DNA from: Bacteroidetes bacterium UBA3022
Lineage (GTDB): Bacteria > Bacteroidota > Bacteroidia > Chitinophagales > BACL12
Assembly: GCA_002346225.1 (NCBI GenBank)
Contig: DDYY01000079.1
Span: 90,588-154,587 of the forward strand
Reading direction: 5' to 3'
DNA: 64,000 nucleotides
The notes under the pieces are model-generated. The model was not told the origin of the DNA. It did no database searches and saw only the letters and a list, made by a program, of their open reading frames with translations. Below, piece by piece: positions 48,109 to 58,800 of this stretch; the stretch's first letter is position 1; every line of letters begins with the position of its first letter. The position numbers and the translations under genes are program-made.

Positions 48109-49365
48109 TTATTTTCCTTTCGAGCGGAAAAACACCGGGCGAACATCCAGCATAAGGTAGGTAAAGTGATTCACAATGGAAGGATCACCACCTTTGATTA
48201 AGGCAAGGTCATCAGTAGACCAGTACAGCGAATGACCAAAGGTTACGCTGATATCCGAACGCATATCGAACGTATACAACAGATCCAGTTCCTGACCCAA
48301 TTCTTTGCCTGTCAACACACCAGTTGCAGCATCGCGCACTCGCTCTTCCAGATAGAAGCTATGACCAGTGAGCTCTATGGTATGCTGCGGCGCAGGACGA
48401 TAGGCAGCGCTTAGCTGTGTATGCTGAAGTCCGCCTTCATCCGGGTCGAACGGGAAGCTGACAAAATAATCCATGTAACCGAAAAACCGGTGTCGACTGG
48501 CGTAAAGATTATCGAATGCGGTATAATCCTCTGATGTAGAGTCTCTGCCCGAAAGCACTTCGGTGGTAAAATTGAATCGCCATTTTCCGAATGAATAGGA
48601 AGCGCCGGCTACTCCCATGAATGCTCTGATATCCTTTCTGTCGATAAACCTGGTTCCCCTTTGTATATGCTGTCCTGCAAATAATTTAAAAGATGCAATA
48701 TCAACAGCGACGTTCAAGCCGGTGGTATACCGCCAGTCGGTTTCTGAACCACCGGAATAGAGGTTCTGAATTCCGTCAGCAGCCATGATGCCATCCACAT
48801 CCAGCAAAGCACCTTCCCGCTTTGCATACAAGATTCCAAGGGCTTTATACTGGTTCAAGCCATAGCTTGTCGACCCCAGGCGCTCTGCATTCTGGTTAAA
48901 GGCACCGATAGCACTGACATCGTACTTGCCAGGCTGCCAGCGCACCCACAGCGCATCATGACTGCGTGCAGCCTGTCGCCATTCGGCCATACCGAACAAT
49001 CGCTGGTCGCCGAGGGAAATCTCCTGCCGACCTGCCCGAACAGAAAAGTCTTTGAAAGGACGCAGCGTAGCATATGCCATGGCAATACCTAGTCCGGGAT
49101 TATCACTGGCTATCGTTTCGTCGCCCCACACACGCACATCCTGCAAGGTAATATTGGCATCCAGCATAGTGTCATTATAGAGAAAAGAAAGACGTGTGCG
49201 TTGTGAAACAAAAAACGCCAGCTCTGATGATTCGCCGGCAGGAAAACGATAACCATTGCGCAGTTCTGTGCGGGGCCTTATTTGCGCATTCAATTCGAAC
49301 TGCGCCCGGACCAGAAAGGAGTTGGCTAGCAGCAGGATAAGGAGGACATTCCGTACCATAGGCAT
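48109..49365 (-). CDS. Outer-membrane beta-barrel porin (alginate-export-like family)
   Basis: 418 aa. Signal peptide LLILLLANSFLVRAQ. FELNAQIRPRTELRNGY start with alternating strands. ATG overlaps the MscS stop by 1 nt (TAATG). Confidence 0.55.
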   Translation of the reverse strand: MPMVRNVLLILLLANSFLVRAQFELNAQIRPRTELRNGYRFPAGESSELAFFVSQRTRLSFLYNDTMLDANITLQDVRVWGDETIASDNPGLGIAMAYATLRPFKDFSVRAGRQEISLGDQRLFGMAEWRQAARSHDALWVRWQPGKYDVSAIGAFNQNAERLGSTSYGLNQYKALGILYAKREGALLDVDGIMAADGIQNLYSGGSETDWRYTTGLNVAVDIASFKLFAGQHIQRGTRFIDRKDIRAFMGVAGASYSFGKWRFNFTTEVLSGRDSTSEDYTAFDNLYASRHRFFGYMDYFVSFPFDPDEGGLQHTQLSAAYRPAPQHTIELTGHSFYLEERVRDAATGVLTGKELGQELDLLYTFDMRSDISVTFGHSLYWSTDDLALIKGGDPSIVNHFTYLMLDVRPVFFRSKGK

Positions 49366-50507
49366 TAATTATCGCGTGGGGTTTCGCCCTGTTGGGGGCG
49401 TACATATACCGTTTGCGACGGGAATGCAAAACTGGCACCATTGTCCTGCACAATGCGCATCAGCTGGAGCATGATTTCCTGGCGGGCAGCGAGATAGGGC
49501 ACCCATTCCATCAGATGGATAAAATACTCAATCCAGATATTGAGCGAACTGGGACCAAATTCAAAAAACTGCACCACCGGCTGGTCCAGCACTGCAGGGT
49601 GTGATTCCAGATAGCTCCGTATTTCATCCACTATGGTTTCAATTGTCTCAGTGGAGGTGCCATACTCTACCCCTAACAGAAACTGCACCCTTCGGGCGGT
49701 TCGATTTGTCAGGTTGTTGATACGGTTATTGACAATATTTTTATTGGGTATTGTCATATATGACTTATCCAATGCACGTACTCTTGTACTCCTGAAGCCA
49801 ACCTTATCTACTGTTCCAATAATCCCGTCCACTTCTACCAATTCTCCCACAATAAAAGGCTTTTCTGAAAAGAGGCTGATGGATCCGAATATATTCTGCA
49901 AGGTCTCCTGAGCGGCAAAGGCAATGGCCACGCCCGCAATACCGGCGCCTGCTACAATAGAGGTAACGTTGACATGGAATACAAAGCCTAGGATACAAAG
50001 CACTACGGTAGTCCAGATGACCACCCGTAAAACATCCTTGAGAAAACCAATCACCTGGTCATCGGTAGGATCGGGTGTCAAGAGTGCTTTTTCATTCATT
50101 ACGGTAATAATGAAATCGGCAATGCGGCTGAACAGCCAGCCCGTATTGATGATAAACAGCAACTGATAAATGCCCTGTACATACTCCAGCAGTGTCACCC
50201 CCAGAAACGTCACCGACATGAAATCGGGCGCATCCAAAAAGCTGAACCCAATGTACAGTGTGTGGAGTATGAGGTAAGCCTCGAGTGGCCGTAAGGTCAA
50301 CTTTAAAAACAACTTCCCATGTTCCCCAAAGCGGGTCCATTTCAATAGCTGGAATAATATCCTGCTGATGAATGATGACAGGTACTTATTGAATATCACC
50401 ACTACCAACAGCACGCCTCCCAGCCAGAGGTACTGACGAATAGTATTGTTCAGGAATTCATTGTCCAGTATATGACTTATCTGCATCAACATAAGGTAAA
50501 GATACAA
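49365..50507 (-). CDS. Mechanosensitive ion channel (MscS family)
   Basis: 380 aa. TM helices, then GAGIAGVAIAFAAQETLQNIFGSISLFSEKPFIVGELVEVDGIIGTVDKVGFRSTRVRALD. Confidence 0.9.
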   Translation of the reverse strand: MYLYLMLMQISHILDNEFLNNTIRQYLWLGGVLLVVVIFNKYLSSFISRILFQLLKWTRFGEHGKLFLKLTLRPLEAYLILHTLYIGFSFLDAPDFMSVTFLGVTLLEYVQGIYQLLFIINTGWLFSRIADFIITVMNEKALLTPDPTDDQVIGFLKDVLRVVIWTTVVLCILGFVFHVNVTSIVAGAGIAGVAIAFAAQETLQNIFGSISLFSEKPFIVGELVEVDGIIGTVDKVGFRSTRVRALDKSYMTIPNKNIVNNRINNLTNRTARRVQFLLGVEYGTSTETIETIVDEIRSYLESHPAVLDQPVVQFFEFGPSSLNIWIEYFIHLMEWVPYLAARQEIMLQLMRIVQDNGASFAFPSQTVYVRPQQGETPRDN

Positions 50508-50596
50508 AACAGGTTGCCCTCAATATTAGACAAAACTAAAGACTTGCTGTGTATCCGGAGACTGGGTTTACAGCTATAAGTTGTGAACTTTCAGGC

Positions 50597-51754
50597 ATGA
50601 TCAACAGGTTGCTGACACCCGTACGAACCAGAGGTTTATTGCATGCTGGAGGCAGTCCGCTGCAGATGGGCAGGTGCATGGAAATCCATACCGGTGAAGC
50701 GCCGGACACCTTCGAAAAAGACATAGCCATCATTACGGTAAACGATTACCGCGGTACACATCATGCCGCCGCCACAGTGACCTTTGATGCTGTACGCAAA
50801 CACTTTTACAGCCTGATCAATCCCCACAGTAAACTACGCCTGATTGATGCCGGGGAAGTTATAGTAGGTGAAACACCGGAGGATACTATCAACAACCTGA
50901 AGATGGTAGTTGAGTTCATGCTGGCGCAGCGCATTATTCCCGTAATCATAGGTGGTAGTCACGACCTGAGCTATGGTCAGTATAAAGCCTATGAGTTCCT
51001 GGGTCAGGCAGTTAACCTCGCTGTGGTAGACGAACGCATCGATATTGACCATGCGGATGATGCACCGGAGTACCGCAACTGGCTGCTGAATGTTTTCAGC
51101 CACGAACCCAATTACCTGTTCAACTATTCAGCCATTGCCTGCCAGGGGCACTACATCAATAACGAGCTTTTCGAAACCATCGACAACTTGTATTTCGACA
51201 CCTGCCGGCTGGGTAAACTGAAAGAAGATTTCAGAATTGTAGAACCGGAACTGCGCGATGCGGACATTGTTAGCATTGATGTTTCCGCTATCAAATACGG
51301 TGATGCCCCCGGCACCATCGATTGCTCTCCCAATGGCATCACATCTGAAGACATGTGTCAGCTGATGCGGTATGCCGGTATGAGCGACAAGGTAAGCTCG
51401 CTGGGCATCTACAATTACCAGCCCGCCAATGACCGACAGGAGACGACTGCCCAACTCATTGCACAAATGATATGGTATTTTGTTGATGGGTATTACAATC
51501 GCAAACACGACTACCCCATAACAGATGAGAATGATTTCCATAAGTATATTGTTAATCTCAGCGACAACGAATACGACCTCACCTTTTGGAAGAGCAAAAA
51601 ATCCGGACGCTGGTGGCTGGAAGTACCATTTACAGTAGAGCAGCGTTTTGAGCGACAGCAATTGGTGCCCTGCTCCTATCACGACTATGAAGAAGCCATG
51701 CAAAACATGCTGCCCGATAAATGGCTGCGTATGTTTGAGAAACTGGCGATGTAG
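50597..51754 (+). CDS. Arginase/formimidoylglutamase-fold family protein with atypical metal-ligand motifs
   Basis: Start at ATG 50597. IIGGSHDLSYG compares with GGDHS, VVDERIDIDH with DAHxD, and VSIDVSAIKYGDAPG with SxDxDxxDP..APG. Confidence 0.65.
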   Translation: MINRLLTPVRTRGLLHAGGSPLQMGRCMEIHTGEAPDTFEKDIAIITVNDYRGTHHAAATVTFDAVRKHFYSLINPHSKLRLIDAGEVIVGETPEDTINNLKMVVEFMLAQRIIPVIIGGSHDLSYGQYKAYEFLGQAVNLAVVDERIDIDHADDAPEYRNWLLNVFSHEPNYLFNYSAIACQGHYINNELFETIDNLYFDTCRLGKLKEDFRIVEPELRDADIVSIDVSAIKYGDAPGTIDCSPNGITSEDMCQLMRYAGMSDKVSSLGIYNYQPANDRQETTAQLIAQMIWYFVDGYYNRKHDYPITDENDFHKYIVNLSDNEYDLTFWKSKKSGRWWLEVPFTVEQRFERQQLVPCSYHDYEEAMQNMLPDKWLRMFEKLAM

Positions 51755-51805
51755 TCGTTTAGCGGATGCCCCGGTAGCTATCGGGGTTGAACAACCGTTC
51801 CCATA

Positions 51806-53089
51806 TTACTCTTCCCCAAGTATCCGCTCCAACCCTATTCTTCTGGATCCTTTGACCAGAAAGTAGGTATTTTCAAACGATTGCTGCTGTAACCATGAAC
51901 GCAGGGAAAGCGTGTTTTCAAAATTCCTCGTTGCTTGTCCGGTGTCGGCATCCCGGAATAAAGGACCTACCGTAATGACCTCTGCACACCCTATGGAACA
52001 AGCCAGCTTCACAATGGATGTATGCTCGGCAATAGCATCGTCGCCCAGCTCCAGCATATCACCCAAGATGGCCACCCTGGGTTCCTTATCCATAGCCTGA
52101 AAATGTTTCAAGGCGGCAGTCATACTGCTGGGATTGGCATTATAGGCATCCATTATATAATAATTTCCGCCATGTTCCAGCCACTGACTGCGATTGTTAT
52201 CGGGCTCGTAGGTGGCTATTCCGGATTGTATATTATTATCGTCTATACCAAAGTATTTGCCCACTGCTATAGCTGCCAGAATATTGCCTGCATTATATGC
52301 ACCAACCAATTTGGAACGGTACAATCTTCCGTCACATTGCACAGCCGCAAAGCCGTTATCCAGCACAGCCGTACCTTTCACATGGTCGCCGGCTGCTTCA
52401 CCAAACAGCTCCACCTTATCATAGCCATTATAAACATCCTGCAAGACTGTATTGGCAGAATTGACAAACAACCTGCCACTATGTTCCATCAAATACTGAT
52501 ACAATTCGCTCTTGCCCTTCTTTACGCCATCGAGTCCGCCAAAACCTTCCAGATGCGCCTTACCAATATTGGTGATCAAGCCCAGCACCGGTTTAACCAG
52601 TTCCGACAAGAAAGCAATTTCCCCCTGGTGGTTAGCACCCATTTCTATGATGGCTATTTCTGCATCCCTCGGTATCGACAGCAAGGATAGGGGAACACCG
52701 ATATGGTTATTGAGATTGCCTTTGGTAGCAAAGGTTTTAAACTGCGTTTGCAATACCGAATGAATCAATTCCTTGGTGGTGGTTTTTCCATTGGAGCCGG
52801 TGAGTGCCAGAATGGGAATTCCCAGGCTATCGCGGTAGGCTGTGCCCAGTTGCTGCAAAGCCGTCAGCACATCTTCCACCCAAAAACAACCCGGAATTGT
52901 TTTAAGTCGTTCGTCATCCACGACGGCTACCAAAGCGCCCTGCTCCACTGCCTTCTCAGCATAGTCGTTGCCGTTGACATGCTCTCCCTTGAGGGCAAAG
53001 AACATGGATCCCGACTGCACCTTGCGCGAGTCGATGACAATATCGGTGCTGCGCGCATGCAACTCGAGTAAAGCAGGTATATAGTCCAT
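51806..53089 (-). CDS. murF: UDP-N-acetylmuramoyl-tripeptide--D-alanyl-D-alanine ligase
   Basis: 427 aa. P-loop LTGSNGKTTTKE, EMGANHQGEI, and Mur ligase C-domain DAYNANPSSM. Confidence 0.93.
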   Translation of the reverse strand: MDYIPALLELHARSTDIVIDSRKVQSGSMFFALKGEHVNGNDYAEKAVEQGALVAVVDDERLKTIPGCFWVEDVLTALQQLGTAYRDSLGIPILALTGSNGKTTTKELIHSVLQTQFKTFATKGNLNNHIGVPLSLLSIPRDAEIAIIEMGANHQGEIAFLSELVKPVLGLITNIGKAHLEGFGGLDGVKKGKSELYQYLMEHSGRLFVNSANTVLQDVYNGYDKVELFGEAAGDHVKGTAVLDNGFAAVQCDGRLYRSKLVGAYNAGNILAAIAVGKYFGIDDNNIQSGIATYEPDNNRSQWLEHGGNYYIMDAYNANPSSMTAALKHFQAMDKEPRVAILGDMLELGDDAIAEHTSIVKLACSIGCAEVITVGPLFRDADTGQATRNFENTLSLRSWLQQQSFENTYFLVKGSRRIGLERILGEE

Positions 53090-53091
53090 AG

Positions 53092-53133
53092 ATTAAAATT
53101 AAAAAGCCTTCCGGGTTTATTCGAAAGGCTTTT
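53092..53133 (-). terminator. Rho-independent terminator after gldJ
   Basis: On the minus strand, AAAAGCCUUUCG pairs with CGGAAGGCUUUU in a 12-bp stem. One pair is U-G, valid only on the minus strand. 8-nt loop, followed by UUUUUAAUUUUAAU. Confidence 0.75.
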
Positions 53134-53154
53134 ATAGGTTTTGTTAACAGGTTA

Positions 53155-54684
53155 TCACTGCGTTTGCTTACGCATCTTTCTGTTCATTTTTTGTTGCTTG
53201 TCGGTGCTCTTGAAGATATTACCTCCGCGGGTATAATTATCTACATCACCTCCCAGTCGTATCATAGCACAGCGGAAACCAATGGTAGCTGTTGCCTGAT
53301 CTTCTTCCAGATAACGACGTGAACCGGGAGACAGCCAGTAGGCTTCATCCGCCCAGGAACCACCTTTATACACCCTTGCTTTATCACTCACCAGTGTGGT
53401 TTTAGCGTAATCGTAGTAGGCCAGTGACATGGTATCACCATCCAGGTAATTTTTCACATCACCTTTCTTATAGTTACGACGGTTAACCACCTCTTCGTCT
53501 TCAACAGGACGGTAGCGCACGCGACCCATGCTATCGAGTTCGGCAATATTACCGTCTTCATCCAGCTCTTTGGTATCATACACATTACCCCTGAAAGGAT
53601 TCAGGTCTTCCATATCGAAATACGTCAACGGACGGTATACATCGTACACCCATTCGTTTACGTTACCTGCCATGTTATACAGACCGTAATCATTCGGTGC
53701 ATAACTGTATACAGGTGATGTAACAATGGCGTTGTCATTCAGCTTACCGGCCACACCTGCGTAGTCACCACGACCGCGTTTGTAGTTTGCCAGCATCTTA
53801 CCCTGTGACCAGCGCTCCTTGGAAGAAGGCTCACGCAAGGTGTTACCATCCCAAGGATATAACCTGCGATCGGTAATCATTTCATTGCCTTCTACATTGT
53901 TGCCAATCAGACCCAGTGCAGCATATTCCCATTCCGCTTCGGTAGGCAGGCGGTAATCCGGTAACAGAATACCATCTTCCATGCGAATGGTACGACCCAG
54001 TTTAGAGTCACCTGCATCAGGGCTATAGTCTTTCACACCTTTCTGTACACCGGTGGTATAGAGTTCGGCGTAATACGATTCGGTAGTGAAGTTATCTTCG
54101 TTGTAAGAGTTGATGTTTACATCCATATAACCCTTGTCGGCCAGAATACCTTCATTTACGCGGTCGCTTCTCCAGCGGCAGAATTCATTAGCCTGCAGCC
54201 AGGAAACACCCACTACCGGATAATCATCATAGGAAGGATAGCGGAAATAGTATTCCACGTAGGGTTCGTTGTAGGAAAGTTCTTCCCTCCAGACAAGTGT
54301 GTCGGGAAGGGTGTTCTTAATGATTTCAGGGAAGTCAATTCCAAATGTCCGTTTGGTCCAGTACAAGTACTCGCGGTAATGGAGGTTGGAAATTTCTGTT
54401 TCATCAATATAAAATGAAGAAACTGTGACACGACGTGGCTGGTTGTGAAACTCAAACGTGACGTCCTGTTCTGTGGTACCCATCGAGAATGTACCGCCCT
54501 GCACCAACACCAGGTTGGGACCTGTGGGCTGACCTTTGTAGTCCACATTTTCGAAACCTCCCCACTTGGTATCGTTGTACTTGAAACCAGTGGCAGCGGA
54601 TCGTTCACCGCAGGAACTCATAAAAGCTCCGGCGAGCAGCAACGCCGCTGCAGGTATAATGACTCTTTTCATACTAGGCATCAT
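53155..54684 (-). CDS. gldJ: Gliding motility / T9SS lipoprotein GldJ (FGE-sulfatase/SUMF1 fold)
   Basis: Lipobox FMSSC. GPNLVLVQGGTFSMG...SFYIDETEISN..Y.EYL.W...PDTLVWRE...YPVVGVSWLQANEFCRWRSDRVNE closely parallels the Flavobacterium GldJ sequence as I recall it. The start may be the downstream ATG at 54672 (MKRVIIP...). Confidence 0.85.
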   Translation of the reverse strand: MMPSMKRVIIPAAALLLAGAFMSSCGERSAATGFKYNDTKWGGFENVDYKGQPTGPNLVLVQGGTFSMGTTEQDVTFEFHNQPRRVTVSSFYIDETEISNLHYREYLYWTKRTFGIDFPEIIKNTLPDTLVWREELSYNEPYVEYYFRYPSYDDYPVVGVSWLQANEFCRWRSDRVNEGILADKGYMDVNINSYNEDNFTTESYYAELYTTGVQKGVKDYSPDAGDSKLGRTIRMEDGILLPDYRLPTEAEWEYAALGLIGNNVEGNEMITDRRLYPWDGNTLREPSSKERWSQGKMLANYKRGRGDYAGVAGKLNDNAIVTSPVYSYAPNDYGLYNMAGNVNEWVYDVYRPLTYFDMEDLNPFRGNVYDTKELDEDGNIAELDSMGRVRYRPVEDEEVVNRRNYKKGDVKNYLDGDTMSLAYYDYAKTTLVSDKARVYKGGSWADEAYWLSPGSRRYLEEDQATATIGFRCAMIRLGGDVDNYTRGGNIFKSTDKQQKMNRKMRKQTQ

Positions 54685-54697
54685 TTGGCAATAAACG

Positions 54698-54705
54698 CAA
54701 ATCTA
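54698..54705 (-). promoter_or_regulatory. Candidate -7 box (TAGATTTG) for gldJ
   Basis: The plus strand reads CAAATCTA, which is TAGATTTG on the minus strand, in the 39-nt spacer between the porP/sprF stop and gldJ. It is the same octamer as upstream of actA. Confidence 0.4.
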
Positions 54706-54723
54706 CTTATAAAATTATGCAAA

Positions 54724-55719
54724 TTAAAAAATGGAAGGCCGCATCAGCACATTATAATATTTACCCTTGGCAGCTTTCCCGGCATCTTCCAGTCTGAAAA
54801 TAAGCCCCACCTCATGTGCCCCCCCGGTTTCGCCCGAAAGCCCACCCAGCGTTGCATCGTAGCTGTAGGTAAACACCAGCCAGTCCTTCCGGAAACCGGC
54901 CATGATGCTAACGTTACTCATGCCCGAAAGATTGTTTTTCAGATACAGCCCGCCCATGACAAGGCTTTTAGCAAAAGAAGAGCCTATCTGGAGCTGGTTG
55001 GAGCCCCCCTGTCCGTACCAGGTTATGCTGGGAACCGCTATGAAGGGATCCCGCTTCTTTTTCTGCTTTATCTGCACACCTGTCTGGAAGGAGATGCCCA
55101 TCGGCAATGCTACCGTATCATAGGAATAGAACCCAGCCACGGGTGTATTGAGGTGGTGAAACGACAGTCCTGTAAACACCTTTTCTGTGACAATTGCGAC
55201 CCCTGCTCCCAGGTCGAGCTGGGTGCGGGAAAGTGACGGAGGAAGCGGTTCATTGGTCGGATTGGGCAAGCCGGAGGCATTATTGAATCCATACACCGGG
55301 TCTATCTGATCGAATAATTGCAATCTGTCCCAGTTAAGGCGCTGTTGCTGCATCCCCAGCTGCATCCCGAAATTCATGGCGGCAGTGCTGCTCAGCTTCA
55401 CCTGGTACATGTACTGAAAGCCCAGCTGAAAGCCACTCAGTACACCTTCACCCAGGTCGTCTTTGATCATGTACAATCCGAAACCACTGTTGGCATCGCC
55501 GATGGGCTGGTCGTAACTCAGGCGATAGCTCAGGTAGGTCTGGGGCATATCGGGCCACTGACTGCGAAAATTGGCAGTGAGCCTTCCTGCTCCACCGCTG
55601 CCGGCAAATGCGGGATTCAAATAACTATCGGAAGCGTCGAGTTGGGTGAACTGTAAATCCTGCGCGGCAGCGTTTTCGACAAAAAAATGACCGCATATCA
55701 TGAACCATAAGCAAGCCAA
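54724..55719 (-). CDS. PorP/SprF-family type IX secretion system membrane protein
   Basis: AAAQDLQFTQLDASDSYLNPAFAG matches the family N-terminus (AQD.QFSQ......NPA.AG), with a beta-barrel pattern to the end. The start is uncertain: TTG 55719 is used here, and alternatives are ATG 55701, GTG 55794 and TTG 55833 (the track ORF). Confidence 0.8.
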   Translation of the reverse strand: MACLWFMICGHFFVENAAAQDLQFTQLDASDSYLNPAFAGSGGAGRLTANFRSQWPDMPQTYLSYRLSYDQPIGDANSGFGLYMIKDDLGEGVLSGFQLGFQYMYQVKLSSTAAMNFGMQLGMQQQRLNWDRLQLFDQIDPVYGFNNASGLPNPTNEPLPPSLSRTQLDLGAGVAIVTEKVFTGLSFHHLNTPVAGFYSYDTVALPMGISFQTGVQIKQKKKRDPFIAVPSITWYGQGGSNQLQIGSSFAKSLVMGGLYLKNNLSGMSNVSIMAGFRKDWLVFTYSYDATLGGLSGETGGAHEVGLIFRLEDAGKAAKGKYYNVLMRPSIF

Positions 55720-55821
55720 ATTCTTTGCATAGTTTTGAACGCTTAGCAGGAAAAGAGGGGCAATATGCCTTCCCTGCCTCCGTTGATGAGACACCCACTT
55801 ATTTTGAACAGTAACAGGATT

Positions 55822-58800
55822 ATGATTTTTCAATTCGGCACCTTTTCTTCTACGCGGTGGATTGCAACTGCAATGTTAACGTTTTTTGCTTCCGTGGTGG
55901 TATCTGCGCAATCGGAATTACTTAGAAAAGACATTCGGCCGGAATGGGAATCCACACCTCTCGAAATTACCGCCCCCGATGGTGTAAATATCATCCGGTT
56001 GCCGGCTTTCAAGGGTGCTGCCTACACTTCAGACGAACGTCCCCTGCCCTACCTTACTGTTCAATGCCCCAGTCCGAAAGGCAGCAGCATAGATGTTCGG
56101 TTAGATAACGCCCGTTATGAAAGTTACCAATGGCCGGGCAACAGAGCGACACCCCGTCTGGGCAATACCGCTGAGCTCTCCGTCAGTACCGGCTATGAAA
56201 AGGGGCGTCCGTTGACTTCTATTGCCATTGTTCCATTGCGCAACAATCCCAGTACCGGACAGTTAGAGCGATTGGTTTCCGGTACACTGGTGGTCAGTGC
56301 GAGTCCCTCCACCCTGCGATTGGATGCTACCGAACACGTTTATGCCGATCAATCCCAACTGGCAGACGGCACCTGGTACAAAGTGAGCGTAACCCAAACC
56401 GGGATTTACCGCATTGACAAAGCCTTTCTGGAATCGCTGGGCATCAATACTACTACCCTCAATGCCGCTACGCTGGGTATTTTCGGTTATGGAATAGGTA
56501 TGCTGCCCGAGGCGAATAGTGCCGACAACCCCGATGATCTGGTGGAAAATGCCGTGTACCGTGTCGGACTGGCAGATGGCAGCTTCGACGATGGAGATTA
56601 TATTCTATGGTACGCCGTTGGTCCGCATACCTGGGAGTATGATACTGCACTCGCCACCTATCGCCATACTACCCATCCGTATTCCAATAAATCCTGCTAC
56701 TTTATTTCACCCAACAGGGGAACCAATAAATCGCTAACCACTATTGCGGTGAGCCCTGCTGTCCCTACCTATACCTCCACCTCCTTCGACCATCTGGTGG
56801 TCTGGGACAACGATGACCTCAACCTTATCCGCTCTGGCAGGCGGTTCTTTGATTTCGGCTTTAACGCGTTCAGCAATCTGCGCACCTACAGCACCACCAT
56901 ACCCAATATCATTACCGATGAGCCGGCTTTGATCCGCTATTTTCTGGCTGCCAAGAGCAGTGCCGGAGCTTCCACTTTTACCATTAGTGGCAACGGATTG
57001 AATGTATCACGACTGCTCTCCTCCGTACCCGAAAGCACCGAAAGCAATTATGCCAGTTCTGTGCAGGGAGAGGACAGCTTTTTGCCGACCAACGGAAACA
57101 TCACCTTTAATGTCAGCTTTGCCGGCCCTGCGGGCAGTGATGGCTGGCTGGATGACATAGAACTGGTGGTGCGCAGGTCCGCGACCTACAACAGTGGCCA
57201 ATTGTTGTTTCGCGACAGCAGAGGTATCGGAGAAGTAACGCGCTATCTTTTCAATGGGCCGGATGATGCGATTATCTGGGATGTCACCGACCCCACCAAC
57301 GCAGCTATACAAGCCTATTTCTACACCGGTGGTCAGATTGATTTCACCCGCGATGCCGACAGCCTGCTGCAGTTCATTGCCTTTTTTACGGAAGATGCAT
57401 TACCTGCCGGTCAGATTACCATAGAAGGCCCTGTTGCCAATCAGAACTTGCACAACAGCAGCCTGCAACCCGATTTGATTATTGTTTCGCACCCCGATTA
57501 TATGGCTGAATCCAGGCGCCTTGCCGCTTGGCACCACAACGTGAATGGCCTCGACACGCTGGTAGCAAGTACGACCCAGGTATACAATGAGTTTTCTTCC
57601 GGTACTGCTGATATCACTGCTATCCGCAACATGATGCGCATGTTTTACGACCGCGCCGCCGGCAGTGAAGCTGCCATGCCGCAATACCTGTTGCTGATGG
57701 GAGATGCTACCTTCGACTATAAGAATATCATGACCGAACCCGGAGACAATACCAACCGGGTGCCTACATATCAGAGTTACGAAAGTATCCATCAGGTGCT
57801 CACCTTCCCCACCGACGATTATTATGTGTGCCTGGACCCCGAAGAAGGTGCTGATATGAGTCAGGCGGTGAATCTTTTAGATGTAGCTGTAGGTCGCTTA
57901 CCGGTGAAATCGGTTACAGAAGCACGGAATGTGGTAGATAAAATTCTTGCCTACAAAACGCCCTCCGCTCTGGGCTCCTGGCGCAATACCATTTGCTTTG
58001 TCGCCGATGACGAAGACGGCACCACCCATATCGATGACGCCAACGATATCGCCGACTGGGTGAATGAGAATTATCCGCAGTACAATATCAACAAGATCTA
58101 CCTCGATGCCTACCAGCAGGTACCCGGTGCGGGTGGAGAGAGGTATCCCGATGTCAACCGCGATATCAATGCGCAAATATTTACGGGCAGCCTCATCATG
58201 AACTGGACAGGCCATGGCAACGAACAAAACTGGGCGCAGGAAAGGGTACTGGGCGTGGATGACATCAACAGCTGGACCAATTTCGACAAGCTCCCCCTGT
58301 TTATCACTGCCACCTGTTCGTTTTCCCGTTACGACAATCCGGAGAGAACATCTGCCGGTGAGCTCATATTACTGAATCCTCAGGGCGGGGGCATCGGCCT
58401 GGTAACTACTGTGCGGATTGTTTATTCCTTCCAGAATTACGTCCTCAACAGCAACTTCTTTTTCAAAATTTTCGAGCCTGTAGATGGACGGATGCCCACC
58501 ATGGGGGAAGCCCTCACCGCGGGTAAGAATTCGGTATCTACGAGTTTTGATGCCATCAACAACCGGAAGTTTCTGTTGCTTGGCGACCCTGCCCTGCAGT
58601 TGAATTACCCGCAATACCAAATTGTCGCCACCGAAGTAAATGGCACCCCTGTTGCATCGGGAACCGACACCTTGAAAGCTTTGGCCAAAGTCAATATCAA
58701 AGGAGAAATCAGAGACGGGGGTAGTCTGCTCAGCTCTTTCAATGGCATTGTTTATCCAACCATTTTCGATAAACCCCTCACCATCACCACCCTGGAAAAC

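Noticed and set aside
51769-51786. CCCCGG-TAGCTA-TCGGGG hairpin between the arginase-like gene and murF (convergent)
   Set aside because: The stem is short (6 bp including a G-U) and has no U-tract on either strand, so it is too weak to call a terminator.
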